This document shows, one piece after another, positions 9,732 through 19,993 of a stretch of 64,000 bases of DNA. The stretch covers positions 3,211-67,210 of the forward strand of contig JBHIAC010000004.1 in NCBI GenBank assembly GCA_046758365.1. The letters run 5' to 3'. The DNA is from a bacterium (GTDB lineage: Bacteria; Zhuqueibacterota; Zhuqueibacteria; Oceanimicrobiales; Oceanimicrobiaceae). The notes beneath the pieces are model-generated. The model ran no database searches, was not told where the DNA came from, and worked only from the letters and a program-made list of their open reading frames with translations. The position numbers and the translations under genes are program-made. Positions within the stretch are counted from its first letter, which is position 1; each line of letters starts with the position of its first letter.

Positions 9732-11624
9732 TTAAAAGAACCAGTTCAAATGAACATCAAAATGATTGATGTATTCTGTGTTTCTTCGAGACGAAAAAAC
9801 CACTTGAGTGTTTCCTAAAAAGACGAACTCCAATGTTCGACTGGGTCGATAGGAAATTTCCAATAAAGGACCAAAGTTTGTGTGCTGATCTTTAACACTT
9901 TTTTTAAAGGAGCCGTTCTCCTTAACACTATGATCCCAACGCAGTTGTTGAAAAAAACTACCGCCTGGTGAAAAAACTAAATTTGACCCGATTTTATGTC
10001 GAAAATAAACTTGTATTTGCTGATTTCTCCAGGAAAGTGCTAACTGCTGACGCCATAGATTATAAAATAATTTTCCTTGTTCTGCCAATTCCAAATGAAA
10101 ACCAAGTTCAACCCAAGTCTTTGGGGTTAAGGCAAAATTGCTGGTATTTGACATGATGAATTGTCTATTCACTATATTACGATTGCTGGTTTCTGGATCA
10201 TCAAAATCATAAGTTTGGTATTTGGCGCGTACGGTAAAACTTTGCCTAAAATAAAAATTACTACTTGGCTGATAAACAATTTCAGGAGTCAGTTGAAAAA
10301 TTCTCTCCCAATTATTGCCACTGCTAAATTTCCCAGAAACATATACAAAATGATTGAGAAATGCACTCCCTCGCCATACAATTCTGAGGGTTGGGTTAAA
10401 TATATGGGCATGGGAAAAATTAAAGTGCCATCTGAGTTGATCGTGACTGTTGGAATTCGTAGTATCAGATGTGTCATACTGAAATTTGGAAACCGATGAA
10501 AATAACCCTAAGGAGTCGGATGAAGTAACTTTTAATCCTGCATGCAACCCCAAACTTACATTTAAGTCGTCGGTATCGAATCCTAAAGAGGGGTGTCGGG
10601 TTCTGAATGGGTCCACAATTTTCCCTTGAGGGCGACAATCATCTCGTGAACGAGACCGAAAACTCCAACTCAAATTGCTAAACCAGGAAGATTTTTTAAG
10701 ATTTAAGATTAAAGTATGATTCGTTTCAAAACCAGCATCGTCTTTACGTAACTCGGTTTCATTATCCCTGAGGTTGTTTACTTTAAAAGAGGTAGCTAAA
10801 ACAGAGTTTTTTAGTAATAAGAAAACATTAGAAGCAATTTTATAACTAAGACGATTTTCCAAACCCCGATTAGACTGAGTGAGGTTTCTTATGAAAATCC
10901 CATCAACATCTGCGTCGAAACTGTCCCTCTGGAGACGGTCAAAAAATATTATTAACGTATCAGCAGTAGATTCATAAAAATTGCGGACCACTTTATATCG
11001 AAATTTTATATCTTCATTTTTTCTCTGTGGGGTAAAATTTTGTTCACTTAAAAATGATACGTCGTTTATATAGTCATGAAAATCTATTTTATTGAAATTA
11101 GCCTCCAATCCATAACTAAAACCTTGATCGCTTTGTTCCATCTGGGTCTGCCATTTGCTGTGTACCGACGGGGCAATAGAAATCTTTGAATTGGGCTGGT
11201 AAACGACTTTTAACGTACTTGCATGTAAAGTAACATCATTGTCAAATCCTGCTAAGGGATCAGAAAGCATGTAAGATATAAATTCAGATTCTATCAACAA
11301 GTTGTTTGTAACGGGATATCCGATACTTAGAGTTAAATTGTGCTCATCCTTCCATAGGTCCATAGTTGAAATTCTTTGTAAGGTGGAACCAAAGTCTTCA
11401 GAAAAGTTAAATTCCAAACAATTATCTAATTCCTTCAAAATTTTTAGATTATAATTCCATTTGTAAAAATTCAAATCCTGACTAAAGCTCAGCTTAGAAA
11501 AACTTGGGTAAAGTGATATTGATTTGGCCTCCTGTTGTGATTGTGCAAATACCAACACTGGTATAATAAATACAATCAACGGCAAATTAATCGTGATGAT
11601 ATTGGCCAAATGGCTTGTAAACAT
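9732..11624 (-). CDS. hypothetical outer-membrane beta-barrel protein
   Basis: Signal peptide ...VLVFAQSQ, 630 aa rich in alternating aromatic/polar strands, C-terminal ...HLNWFF. Confidence 0.5.
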   Translation of the reverse strand: MFTSHLANIITINLPLIVFIIPVLVFAQSQQEAKSISLYPSFSKLSFSQDLNFYKWNYNLKILKELDNCLEFNFSEDFGSTLQRISTMDLWKDEHNLTLSIGYPVTNNLLIESEFISYMLSDPLAGFDNDVTLHASTLKVVYQPNSKISIAPSVHSKWQTQMEQSDQGFSYGLEANFNKIDFHDYINDVSFLSEQNFTPQRKNEDIKFRYKVVRNFYESTADTLIIFFDRLQRDSFDADVDGIFIRNLTQSNRGLENRLSYKIASNVFLLLKNSVLATSFKVNNLRDNETELRKDDAGFETNHTLILNLKKSSWFSNLSWSFRSRSRDDCRPQGKIVDPFRTRHPSLGFDTDDLNVSLGLHAGLKVTSSDSLGLFSSVSKFQYDTSDTTNSNSHDQLRWHFNFSHAHIFNPTLRIVWRGSAFLNHFVYVSGKFSSGNNWERIFQLTPEIVYQPSSNFYFRQSFTVRAKYQTYDFDDPETSNRNIVNRQFIMSNTSNFALTPKTWVELGFHLELAEQGKLFYNLWRQQLALSWRNQQIQVYFRHKIGSNLVFSPGGSFFQQLRWDHSVKENGSFKKSVKDQHTNFGPLLEISYRPSRTLEFVFLGNTQVVFSSRRNTEYINHFDVHLNWFF

Positions 11625-11658
11625 TATTTAATTAAAGTATCCAAACAAAAATGTTTAC

Positions 11659-12357
11659 TTAATTCCTGAGATTAATTTTTGCAGACGCTCGTATAGAATT
11701 TTTTTCTTTCTTAGAAATTTTTGGTACTATGGCGCCCCCTGAAATAATAAGTTTCAATGCTTCCTCAATGGATAATTCTAATTCAATAATATCATTCTTT
11801 GGTACAAACAGAAGGAATCCAGAAGTAGGGTTTGGTGTAGTGGGTAAAAATACGCTCACCACATCTTCCTCTAATACTTCTTGAACGGGTCCTCGGGTAT
11901 CTTGAGTATAAAAACCGATGGAATAAATGCCCTTTCTCGGATATTCAAATAGTACGGCTTTTTTGAAAACTTCTCGTTTTTCAGAAAAAAAGGCAAAACT
12001 GATCTGTTTAATAGCACTATAAACTCTGTTAATTAATGGAATCCGTTGAACAATCTTATCGCCAAAATTTACAATTTTTCTACCAAAATAATTTCGTGCA
12101 ATGATACCGGTAAGGATGATAATAAAAATGAGCGTAATAAATCCAATGCCGATTATCTGTTTTTTCCCAATCCCAAGAGGTTCTAATATAAAATTGTAAG
12201 CAAATCCACGTAAGATGCCATCTATAGCTAAAAACAGATTCCAAATAATCAAAACAGTACCAACTAAAGGGATTAGCACTAATAAGCCGGTAAAAAAATA
12301 AGCTCTAATTTTTCGCCCAATCCCGCCCTTGGGTGCTAGTGGTTTTGAATCAGTCAC
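11659..12357 (-). CDS. DUF502 family membrane protein
   Basis: Two N-terminal TM helices and the conserved ...LPTTPNPTSGFLLFVPKNDII.L.LSIEEALKLIISGG pattern. Confidence 0.75.
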   Translation of the reverse strand: MTDSKPLAPKGGIGRKIRAYFFTGLLVLIPLVGTVLIIWNLFLAIDGILRGFAYNFILEPLGIGKKQIIGIGFITLIFIIILTGIIARNYFGRKIVNFGDKIVQRIPLINRVYSAIKQISFAFFSEKREVFKKAVLFEYPRKGIYSIGFYTQDTRGPVQEVLEEDVVSVFLPTTPNPTSGFLLFVPKNDIIELELSIEEALKLIISGGAIVPKISKKEKNSIRASAKINLRN

Positions 12358-12674
12358 TTGTTATCCTTTTCCTTTATTATATAAATTTTTTCTCCTTGCT
12401 TCCCCATCTTATATTCTTCTCGAGCAATTTTTTCGATATAGGCCAAATCAGTATTCAATTTTTCTATTTGCTCTGACAACTCTTTCTTTTCGAGCTCGAA
12501 GTCTTTTACTTCAGAAAAAAGTTCTTTGTGTTTTTGTTTTAATTTCAAAAATTTGTAGATATTATATTCTCCTCCAAAGCATAAGTAAAGAAAAAGTAAA
12601 ATAGCTGCTCCCCCAATTAGAGTGCGAATCCTTTTTTTCTTGGAAATCATCATGGCCTCAAGTATAAATATCAA
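12354..12674 (-). CDS. septum formation initiator (FtsB/DivIC family)
   Basis: Single TM, coiled coil, and the C-terminal EKIAREEYKMGKQGEKIY motif typical of the family. The true start may be the internal MMISKKK. Confidence 0.65.
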   Translation of the reverse strand: MIFILEAMMISKKKRIRTLIGGAAILLFLYLCFGGEYNIYKFLKLKQKHKELFSEVKDFELEKKELSEQIEKLNTDLAYIEKIAREEYKMGKQGEKIYIIKEKDNK

Positions 12675-12916
12675 TAATATTTAAGGAAATTTTCTAAGAA
12701 AGTCAACAATTTATTTTTTACCTAGAGTGATGTCTAATTAATCAAAATTTGAATTTCAACGAATAATTCAATTTTAAGGACTACTATGTATTTTTCAAAC
12801 AAGAATTTCTTTTAATTAAATAGAGTACGCCAATTTATTAAATATTTTCATGTAAAATTTATTTTAATGTTTTTAATACCTTTTTCAGAATGTAATTTTT
12901 ACCCTCATATCTAAAG

Positions 12917-12925
12917 TTATCCACA
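12917..12925 (+). promoter_or_regulatory. perfect DnaA box TTATCCACA
   Basis: Exact 9-mer consensus inside the gene-free AT-rich tract 12675-13390. Confidence 0.5.
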
Positions 12926-13211
12926 TAATTATAAGGAAGCCAAATTACAGTTATGAAATCAACCTCAATTGCTTTGATAATTGTAGGTAACATTTTGAAT
13001 TTACATGATTTTTTTTATTGATCAAAATAATTGTTTCGAGAATTGCATATTTTATCGATTTATCATTTTGTTTTAACATAATTTATAACATCGTGATTTT
13101 AATTTTCTAAATGTTCAGCTATATTTGAAATTATTTTTGTGGTTATTCGCAATAATCTTATTTTTTAAAATTTTTACCATAAATTCATATTTAGATTAGG
13201 GATTTAATGGG

Positions 13212-13220
13212 TTATCCACA
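13212..13220 (+). promoter_or_regulatory. perfect DnaA box TTATCCACA
   Basis: Second exact 9-mer, same orientation, 295 bp from the first. Confidence 0.5.
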
Positions 13221-13390
13221 AATTATTAACATTTCGTGGAAAACTTCGCCTTTCATAAAAGTTTTAATGTTTTTGCTTTTTTTATAAAATCAAAGAGGCT
13301 TTTCAATCTAAACCACTGTCAGGCTTTTTTTATCATATCTAAACTTCGTCATTTTGGTGGAGATAATTTAAAATTTAAATGTAAAGTAGT

Positions 13391-13715
13391 TCAATGAGAA
13401 AGTCTAGAGTTATGGGATGTCTGCAAAATCTCACTTATGATTACTTCAGCCACTTCAATTTGAGGGTAGTGGCCAACGTCGGGAAGTTCAAATATATCGG
13501 CGTTTGAAATGCATTTGCGAATGTGGTTGGAAATGTGACAACCTGAGACTGGATCTTCTAATCCCCCATAGGAAATGAATTGTGACTGTTGAGATCTCTA
13601 AAGTCTTTTCCCAGCGGGATTTGTAAAACCTGCGTTCTTTTAAGTAGCGAATCAACCTGTGATAATTGCGAATCCCACGATGACGTTTGATGGCATCCCA
13701 GTTTTGAGTCGACAA
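13391..13715 (-). pseudogene. C-terminal remnant of an alpha/beta-fold hydrolase, frameshifted
   Basis: Two frames join to give ...RWEKTLEISTVTIHFLWG|LEDPVSGCHISNHIRKCISNADIFELPDVGHYPQIEVAEVIISEIL*. The shift is at a C5 run (13563-13567, G5 on the coding strand). The nucleophile-elbow N-terminal part is absent because the remnant starts right after the gltP-like stop. Confidence 0.6.
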
Positions 13716-13721
13716 TCTTCC

Positions 13722-15047
13722 TTAACTGAGTTTAGTATCTTTTGAAGATTCAGCAACCGCAGTAAGTTTAGGCCCATACCCTTTAGGTGAATATTCAAAC
13801 TCCCCTTCAGTCGAAGCCACAACCGAAGCACAAGAGGCATCACCAGTTACATTAATGGCAGTACGACACATGTCTAAAATTCGGTCTACTCCCAAAATCA
13901 AGGCTATCCCCTCCAAAGGAATTCCCACGGTTTTGAGAACCAGAGCTAGTGTAATCATACCAACACCAGGCACACCAGCGGCTCCAATGGAAGCCAGGGT
14001 AGCTGTTAAAACGATCATAAGTTGCTGGCCAAGGTTTAGTCCCATGCCAAATACTTGAGCAATAAATACAGCAGCAACCCCTTGATAAAGAGCGGTACCG
14101 TCCATGTTAATGGTGGCTCCGAGAGGTAGTACAAAACTTGAGACTTCTTTTGAAACACCGAGATTATCTTCCACGCATTCCATGGTAACTGGCAGGGTAG
14201 CCGAGCTGGAGCTGGAACTAAAAGCTATAAGCTGGGCTGGTCGTATGCCTTTGAAAAATTCTAGTACTCGAATTTTGGTAAAAAGTTTTAATAATGAAGG
14301 ATAAGTTACAAAAGCGTGAATTGCCAAACCAAAAACGACTACCAGAGAATATTTAGCTAAGGTCAATAAAATACCTGCGCCAAACTCGCCGATAATTGCT
14401 GCGATTAACGCAAAAACTCCATAAGGAGCAAATTCCATGATGATGGTAACCATCTTTATCATAACATCATTTAAGCCATCAAAAAATCCAAGAAGCGGTT
14501 TGGCTTTATCTTGGGGAATCAGTGTAATGGTAATTCCAAGAAATAGCGCAAAAAATATAATTTGAAGCATATTGCCTTCAGCAAAAGATTTCATGGGATT
14601 CGTAGGGATGATATTCAATAAAACTTCAGCCAAGCTGGGTTTCTCTAAAGCCTGTTCAATTTTTGTTGCGGCTTCTGCCTGATAATTAGCCATCAACTGT
14701 ACTTTGGTATCTTCTGGCAGGCCTCTTCCAGGGCCTATTGCGTTTGCCAAAATTAACCCAATAGTTATGGCCACGGCTGTGGTAAAAATGTAATAAACGA
14801 TAGTTTTTCCACCGATTCTGCCGAGTTTACGGATATCGTTTAGACTCGCCGTTCCCACGAGCAAAGAAGCAAAAACCAGAGGCACGACAATCAAGCTGAT
14901 TAGTCGTATGAAGGCCGTACCGAAAGGTTTGATGTATGATGAAAAGAAATCAGCAAAACCGAATTTGTTAGCAAGAACTCCTGCCACAGCTCCAAAAATT
15001 AAACCCAGAAGAATTTTCGTGTATAACTCTAATTTTGGTAGTCTCAT
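13722..15047 (-). CDS. dicarboxylate/amino acid:cation symporter (DAACS, GltP/DctA family)
   Basis: 441 aa, multi-TM, with the serine-rich SSSSSATLP and NMDGTALY motifs of the glutamate transporter family. Confidence 0.85.
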   Translation of the reverse strand: MRLPKLELYTKILLGLIFGAVAGVLANKFGFADFFSSYIKPFGTAFIRLISLIVVPLVFASLLVGTASLNDIRKLGRIGGKTIVYYIFTTAVAITIGLILANAIGPGRGLPEDTKVQLMANYQAEAATKIEQALEKPSLAEVLLNIIPTNPMKSFAEGNMLQIIFFALFLGITITLIPQDKAKPLLGFFDGLNDVMIKMVTIIMEFAPYGVFALIAAIIGEFGAGILLTLAKYSLVVVFGLAIHAFVTYPSLLKLFTKIRVLEFFKGIRPAQLIAFSSSSSSATLPVTMECVEDNLGVSKEVSSFVLPLGATINMDGTALYQGVAAVFIAQVFGMGLNLGQQLMIVLTATLASIGAAGVPGVGMITLALVLKTVGIPLEGIALILGVDRILDMCRTAINVTGDASCASVVASTEGEFEYSPKGYGPKLTAVAESSKDTKLS

Positions 15048-15182
15048 GCGTTTTACCCTTATTTATTGATATTTACAAAATTTTAATAGGGTGAAAATAA
15101 CAAAATTTATCAAATAAGTAAAGTAAAAAAGCCTGCTATTTTTTATTGACAATTTCTATGAATTGTTTAAATTCAAGTAATT

Positions 15183-16040
15183 ATGAATTTTCTTGAACGC
15201 TTTCTCCACATCACTAAAAAACAAAACAGTTTGCTCTGCGTAGGGTTGGATCCTGATATCCATCGAATCCCTAAAATTGTCACTTTCGATCCCGAGCCTC
15301 TTTTTAAATTTTGCGCAGAAATTATAACAAGCACCAAACACGCTGCGGCTGCCTTTAAACTAAATTTTGCTTTCTTCGAGGCAGAGGGTTCTAAAGGTTG
15401 GTCAGTATTAGAAAAATTGGTGGAATTGATTCCGACAACCACTTTAAAAATCGCTGACGCCAAGCGAGGAGACATAGGTAGTTCATCGGAAATGTACGCG
15501 GCTGCCATTTTAGAACGCTTGGGCTTTGATGCAGTAACAGTTAATCCTTACTTGGGAAGAGATTCCATTGAGCCGTTTTTGCACTGGCCTGAGAAAGGAG
15601 CATTTATTCTCTGCCTTACTTCAAATCCTGGTTCTAAAGATTTTCAATATTTTTCAGATGGGTCCAAGACCCTTTTTACAAAAGTTCTTGAGCAGGCTAA
15701 AATATGGAATAATAGACAAAATTGTGGGTTGGTGGTGGGCGCAACTCACCCAAAAGAATTACAAACTCTCAGAGAAGTAGCGCCTAATTTACCTTTTTTA
15801 ATACCAGGTTTGGGAGTACAGGGAGGAGATTTAAAAGCAGCAGTAATGCATGGAACGGATGAATTCGGGCAAATGGCCTTATTCAATACTAGTCGGAGTA
15901 TTATTTATAAATCCTGCGGGAGTGATTTTGCAGAAGCCGCACAACGAGAAGCTGAGCTTTTACGAGATAAAATCAATAAAATAAGAAAATCAAAAATGTC
16001 AAACAAATATGGATCAAGAAGAAATTTTAGAAATTTTTAA
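15183..16040 (+). CDS. pyrF: orotidine 5'-phosphate decarboxylase (type 2)
   Basis: LCVGLDPD, KLNFAFFE, DAKRGDIGSS motifs. Confidence 0.9.
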   Translation: MNFLERFLHITKKQNSLLCVGLDPDIHRIPKIVTFDPEPLFKFCAEIITSTKHAAAAFKLNFAFFEAEGSKGWSVLEKLVELIPTTTLKIADAKRGDIGSSSEMYAAAILERLGFDAVTVNPYLGRDSIEPFLHWPEKGAFILCLTSNPGSKDFQYFSDGSKTLFTKVLEQAKIWNNRQNCGLVVGATHPKELQTLREVAPNLPFLIPGLGVQGGDLKAAVMHGTDEFGQMALFNTSRSIIYKSCGSDFAEAAQREAELLRDKINKIRKSKMSNKYGSRRNFRNF

Positions 16041-16581
16041 AAAAAAAGGAGCGCTGATAACTGGCCACTTTTTATTGACTTCGGGACTCCACAGTCACCA
16101 ATACCTTCAATGCGCGAATGTCTTACAATATCCAGACCTTGCAGAAAAGCTGTGTTTACAAATTGCAAATTACTTTGCAGAGCATGAAATAAGTGTGGTG
16201 ATTGCGCCTGCAGTTGGTGGGATTTTGGTGGCCCACGAAGTGGCCCGGTCTCTTGGTGTAAGGGCTTTATTCACAGAAAGAGAGAATGGGCTAATGGCTC
16301 TCCGTCGGGGCTTTGAGATTCAGAAGAGTGAAAGAGTTCTGGTGGTTGAAGATGTGGTTACTACGGGTGGTTCGGTAAGCAAGGTAATAGATTTGGTTAA
16401 TAAATTGGAAGGTAATCCTGTAGGCGTTGGTTGTCTTGTTGATCGAAGTGGCGGTAAAGTGGATTTTGGCTTAGAATTATTTTCTTTAATTACTCTAAAA
16501 ATCGAAGCCATACCGTCCGCGAAATGCGAACTTTGTAAACAAGGGTTGCCGTTAATAAAACCAGGCAGCAGGATGTTTTAG
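16009..16581 (+). CDS. pyrE: orotate phosphoribosyltransferase
   Basis: GHFLLTSGLHS and the PRPP loop VLVVEDVVTTGGS. It overlaps the pyrF 3' end. Confidence 0.9.
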   Translation: MDQEEILEIFKKKGALITGHFLLTSGLHSHQYLQCANVLQYPDLAEKLCLQIANYFAEHEISVVIAPAVGGILVAHEVARSLGVRALFTERENGLMALRRGFEIQKSERVLVVEDVVTTGGSVSKVIDLVNKLEGNPVGVGCLVDRSGGKVDFGLELFSLITLKIEAIPSAKCELCKQGLPLIKPGSRMF

Positions 16582-16585
16582 TCTG

Positions 16586-17482
16586 ATGGTTAGAGTCCGA
16601 GTTCCTGCATCCACATCTAATTTAGGTTCGGGTTTCGACACATTTGGACTGGCGCTTCGGTTGTACCTCACTGTAAAGATGGAAATTTCTCCAGAAGGGT
16701 TACAAATTAAAACACTGGGTGAAGGAGCATCAGAAATTCCTACAAATGAGGAAAACCTTATTGTTACATCGGCCAAAAAAGTTTTTGAAAAACTAAGTAA
16801 ACCTTTACCGGGACTTAAAATTAAAATCGAAAATCAAATACCCTTGTTTCGAGGTTTAGGAAGCAGTGGTGCTGCTACGATTGCAGGATTGCTGTGTGCG
16901 GCGAAACTTACCAATTCAAAATTAACTAATCAACAAATTCTGTCTTTGGCCAATGAAATAGAAGGGCACCCAGAAAACGCTGCTTCCTCACTTTTAGGTG
17001 GACTCACCATCAATTGCCTTGAGGATGGAAACGTTATTACTAAAAAAGTCGAAGCGGACGAAAAATTAAAAGCCGTACTCCTCATTCCTGAAATTACCAT
17101 TACTACGCAAGATGCTCGTAGGGTTTTGCCGCAAACGGTTCCGCATAAAGATGCGGTATTTAATCTTCAGAGGAGTGCCCTGTTGGCTCATGCTTTTATT
17201 TCAAGAGATTACGAAGTGCTTAGAGTAGCCATGCAGGACAAACTTCATCAGCCTTATCGGAAACAACTCATTCCGACTTATGACGATTTGGAAAAAGTTG
17301 GTTACAAAAATGGAGCCTTTGGAGTTTGTATTAGTGGTTCTGGCTCGACAATTCTAGGATTAACCTTCGAAGATGATAAACGGCTGCGGCGCTCTTGGCA
17401 GAAAAAAGCCTATGAATTGAATTTGAAAGCTGTAATCGTGAGACTGGGTATTGATGTAAAAGGCGCTAATTTTTTACATTAA
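16586..17482 (+). CDS. thrB: homoserine kinase
   Basis: VPASTSNLGSGFD and the GHMP motif GLGSSGAA. Confidence 0.9.
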   Translation: MVRVRVPASTSNLGSGFDTFGLALRLYLTVKMEISPEGLQIKTLGEGASEIPTNEENLIVTSAKKVFEKLSKPLPGLKIKIENQIPLFRGLGSSGAATIAGLLCAAKLTNSKLTNQQILSLANEIEGHPENAASSLLGGLTINCLEDGNVITKKVEADEKLKAVLLIPEITITTQDARRVLPQTVPHKDAVFNLQRSALLAHAFISRDYEVLRVAMQDKLHQPYRKQLIPTYDDLEKVGYKNGAFGVCISGSGSTILGLTFEDDKRLRRSWQKKAYELNLKAVIVRLGIDVKGANFLH

Positions 17483-17685
17483 AATTCAATCAAAAAATTT
17501 TTATAGGATGAGTAACTACTACTATCCCAGCAATTTCAAAAGGATTTGGAGTGAGTGGCCCAGATCCAGAACTTACCCAAAGAAATTAGACTAGTTGTTC
17601 CCACCAAGAATCAGCTTGACTTTTGCTTATAATTCCACTAACTTTTATTAGCTTAAAGTAAGCTAAACAAACTAATTAAATTCCC

Positions 17686-19020
17686 ATGGAACTTTTCGAA
17701 AAGCAAGCCGCAGAAGAGGTGCTGCGATCAACGCCTTTAGCCGATCGCATACGCCCCAAATCCCTTTTAGAATTTGTGGGGCAGGAGCATCTTGTGGGAG
17801 AAGGGAAAGTCATCCGACGGGCCATTGAAACTGATGAGTTGATTTCAATGATTTTCTGGGGGCCGCCCGGCGTGGGCAAGACTACCTTAGCTCAGATTAT
17901 CGCTCGAGAAACGAAATCTGATTTTTTTGAAGTAAGTGCCGTAACCGCAGGTGTAGCAGACATCCGCAAGATAATTGAAAAGGCCAAAGTCAACCGCAAA
18001 TTGGCTAAGCATACCATTTTGTTTATTGATGAAATTCACCGCTTTAACAAAGCCCAGCAGGATGCTCTGCTGCATAGCGTCGAGGACGGCACCGTGCTGC
18101 TCATTGGGGCTACCACAGAAAATCCTTCTTTTGAAGTCATTGCTCCGCTTCTTTCCCGATGTCGAGTTTATCAAATGCATCCATTGTGCTTTGAAGAAAT
18201 CGAGGCGGTCATCCAAAGAGCCCTTTCTCAGGATAAAATTTTAAGTAAGGAAAAGTTTTTATTTAAAAACAATTCAAAAGCGCTGTTAATTAATCATTCT
18301 GGCGGTGATGCTCGAATTGCTTTAAACGCCTTAGAGCTTGCATTTAAACTGGCTCTAAAATCTTCAGATGACCATAGAAAAATTGATGAAAAGTTGGTTA
18401 AAGAAGTCTTCCAAAGAAAAACGGCTTTCTACGATAAAAAAGGGGACTATCATTATGACACCATTTCTGCGTTTATAAAGAGTGTTCGAGGGTCTGATCC
18501 AAACGCAGCCCTGTATTGGCTGGCGCGCATGATTGAGGCTGGAGAAGATCCCAAATTCATCGCAAGAAGGCTCATAATTTTAGCCTCAGAGGACATTGGG
18601 AATGCGGATCCTCAGGCCTTGGTTTTGGCCACGGCTGCTTTTACTGCCATAACCTATGTTGGAATGCCTGAAGGGCGATTGGTCCTTGCGCAAGTCACCA
18701 CTTATTTAGCCACCGCCCCTAAAAGTAACGCCTCCTATAAAGCAATTGAATCAGCGGTGCAAGACATACGAGAAAAGCCGTTGGAAAATGTGCCATTGCA
18801 TCTTAGAAATGCCCCCACCCCACTCATGAAAAAAGAAGGTTATGCCAAAGGCTATCTTTATCCCCATGATTATGATGGGAATTTTGTTGAACAACAATAT
18901 TTACCTGAGAGTTTAAAAGAAAGAGTTTACTACTGGCCTTCAGAGAATGGTTTTGAAAAAAATTTAAAAGAACGACTTCAAAAGCTTTGGGAAAAATACA
19001 GAAAGAAACATGAAGCGTAA
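17686..19020 (+). CDS. rarA: replication-associated recombination protein A (AAA ATPase RarA/MgsA)
   Basis: Walker [10 protein letters not shown], Walker [12 protein letters not shown], and the MgsA C-terminal domain ([16 protein letters not shown]). Confidence 0.9.
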   Translation: MELFEKQAAEEVLRSTPLADRIRPKSLLEFVGQEHLVGEGKVIRRAIETDELISMIFWGPPGVGKTTLAQIIARETKSDFFEVSAVTAGVADIRKIIEKAKVNRKLAKHTILFIDEIHRFNKAQQDALLHSVEDGTVLLIGATTENPSFEVIAPLLSRCRVYQMHPLCFEEIEAVIQRALSQDKILSKEKFLFKNNSKALLINHSGGDARIALNALELAFKLALKSSDDHRKIDEKLVKEVFQRKTAFYDKKGDYHYDTISAFIKSVRGSDPNAALYWLARMIEAGEDPKFIARRLIILASEDIGNADPQALVLATAAFTAITYVGMPEGRLVLAQVTTYLATAPKSNASYKAIESAVQDIREKPLENVPLHLRNAPTPLMKKEGYAKGYLYPHDYDGNFVEQQYLPESLKERVYYWPSENGFEKNLKERLQKLWEKYRKKHEA

Positions 19021-19993
19021 TAAGTTTTATTTAGGCATCGATTTGGGCGGAACAAATATCAAAGTTGGTGTTGTTACAGATAAAGGACAAGTTCTTCACC
19101 ATTTAAGCCTACCAACTGAAGCAGCCAAGGGGCCTGAACACGTACTTGCCCAAATAAAAAAGGGAGTCAAAAAGATTATCGAATTGGCTAAGACAGATAA
19201 GTTTGAAGCTGTTGGAATTGGTACGCCTGGTTCGGTTGACGCAAAAGGATATGTTAGATATCCACCTAATTTTCCTAATTGGCAGGAAGTGCCTGTCAAA
19301 GACGAAATTGAACAATTCATAGGACTTCCAACCTACTTAGATAATGATGCCAATGTGGCTGCCATTGGTGAAGGAGTTTTTGGTAAAGGGAAATATTTTA
19401 CTGACTTTTTGTGTATAACCTTAGGGACTGGGGTGGGTGGAGGTCTTTTTTTAAATGGAAAAATGTATCGTGGAAACGGATGGGCGGCTGGCGAAATCGG
19501 ACATGTGACCGTTGACCCCGATGGACCCCGTTGCAATTGTGGTAATTATGGTTGCTTGGAGCGATTGGTTGGAGCCAAATATATTTCAGAAAGAGCAGTT
19601 GATAAAATCAAGCGTGCGGAAAAAGAAACAAAAATCTTAGAACTGGCTGATCAGGATTTCTTTAAAATTACCCCTAAAATCATAACTGAAGCCGCAGTTA
19701 ACGGAGACCAGTTAGCCCATGCAGTTTTAACAGAGACTGGGGAAATATTGGGTATCGCCTTGGCTAGTGTTATTAATTTGTTGAATTTACCATTAATAAT
19801 TGTTTCTGGAGGAATCTCTCAAGCCGGTTCGTTAATTTTAGATCCCATGCGAGAAACTATTTACAAACGTACTTTACCTGTACCAAGAAAAGCATTTGAA
19901 GTAACCACCGCATCTTTGGGTACCCAGGCAGGCGTCATTGGAGCTGCGGCTTTAGCTATGACAGAGGCTGTTGAATTTTCGAAGTCGTTATGA
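19010..19993 (+). CDS. ROK-family glucokinase
   Basis: GIDLGGTN, LDNDANVAA, GEIGH and the zinc motif CNCGNYGCLE. Confidence 0.8.
   Translation: MKRNKFYLGIDLGGTNIKVGVVTDKGQVLHHLSLPTEAAKGPEHVLAQIKKGVKKIIELAKTDKFEAVGIGTPGSVDAKGYVRYPPNFPNWQEVPVKDEIEQFIGLPTYLDNDANVAAIGEGVFGKGKYFTDFLCITLGTGVGGGLFLNGKMYRGNGWAAGEIGHVTVDPDGPRCNCGNYGCLERLVGAKYISERAVDKIKRAEKETKILELADQDFFKITPKIITEAAVNGDQLAHAVLTETGEILGIALASVINLLNLPLIIVSGGISQAGSLILDPMRETIYKRTLPVPRKAFEVTTASLGTQAGVIGAAALAMTEAVEFSKSL

Noticed and set aside
13652-13843. 63-aa minus-strand ORF spanning the gltP-like 3' end
   Set aside because: It overlaps the transporter frame and is out of frame with the hydrolase remnant.
15173-15508. 111-aa and 61-aa minus-strand ORFs at the pyrF 5' end
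   Set aside because: They overlap the well-supported pyrF frame, and no independent coding signal was seen.
17483-17685. TTGACT and TATAAT hexamers upstream of rarA
   Set aside because: The two hexamers are only 6 nt apart, which is incompatible with a sigma70 promoter.
17676-18244. Antisense or alternative-frame ORFs within rarA
   Set aside because: They are shadows of a gene with clear Walker A/B motifs.
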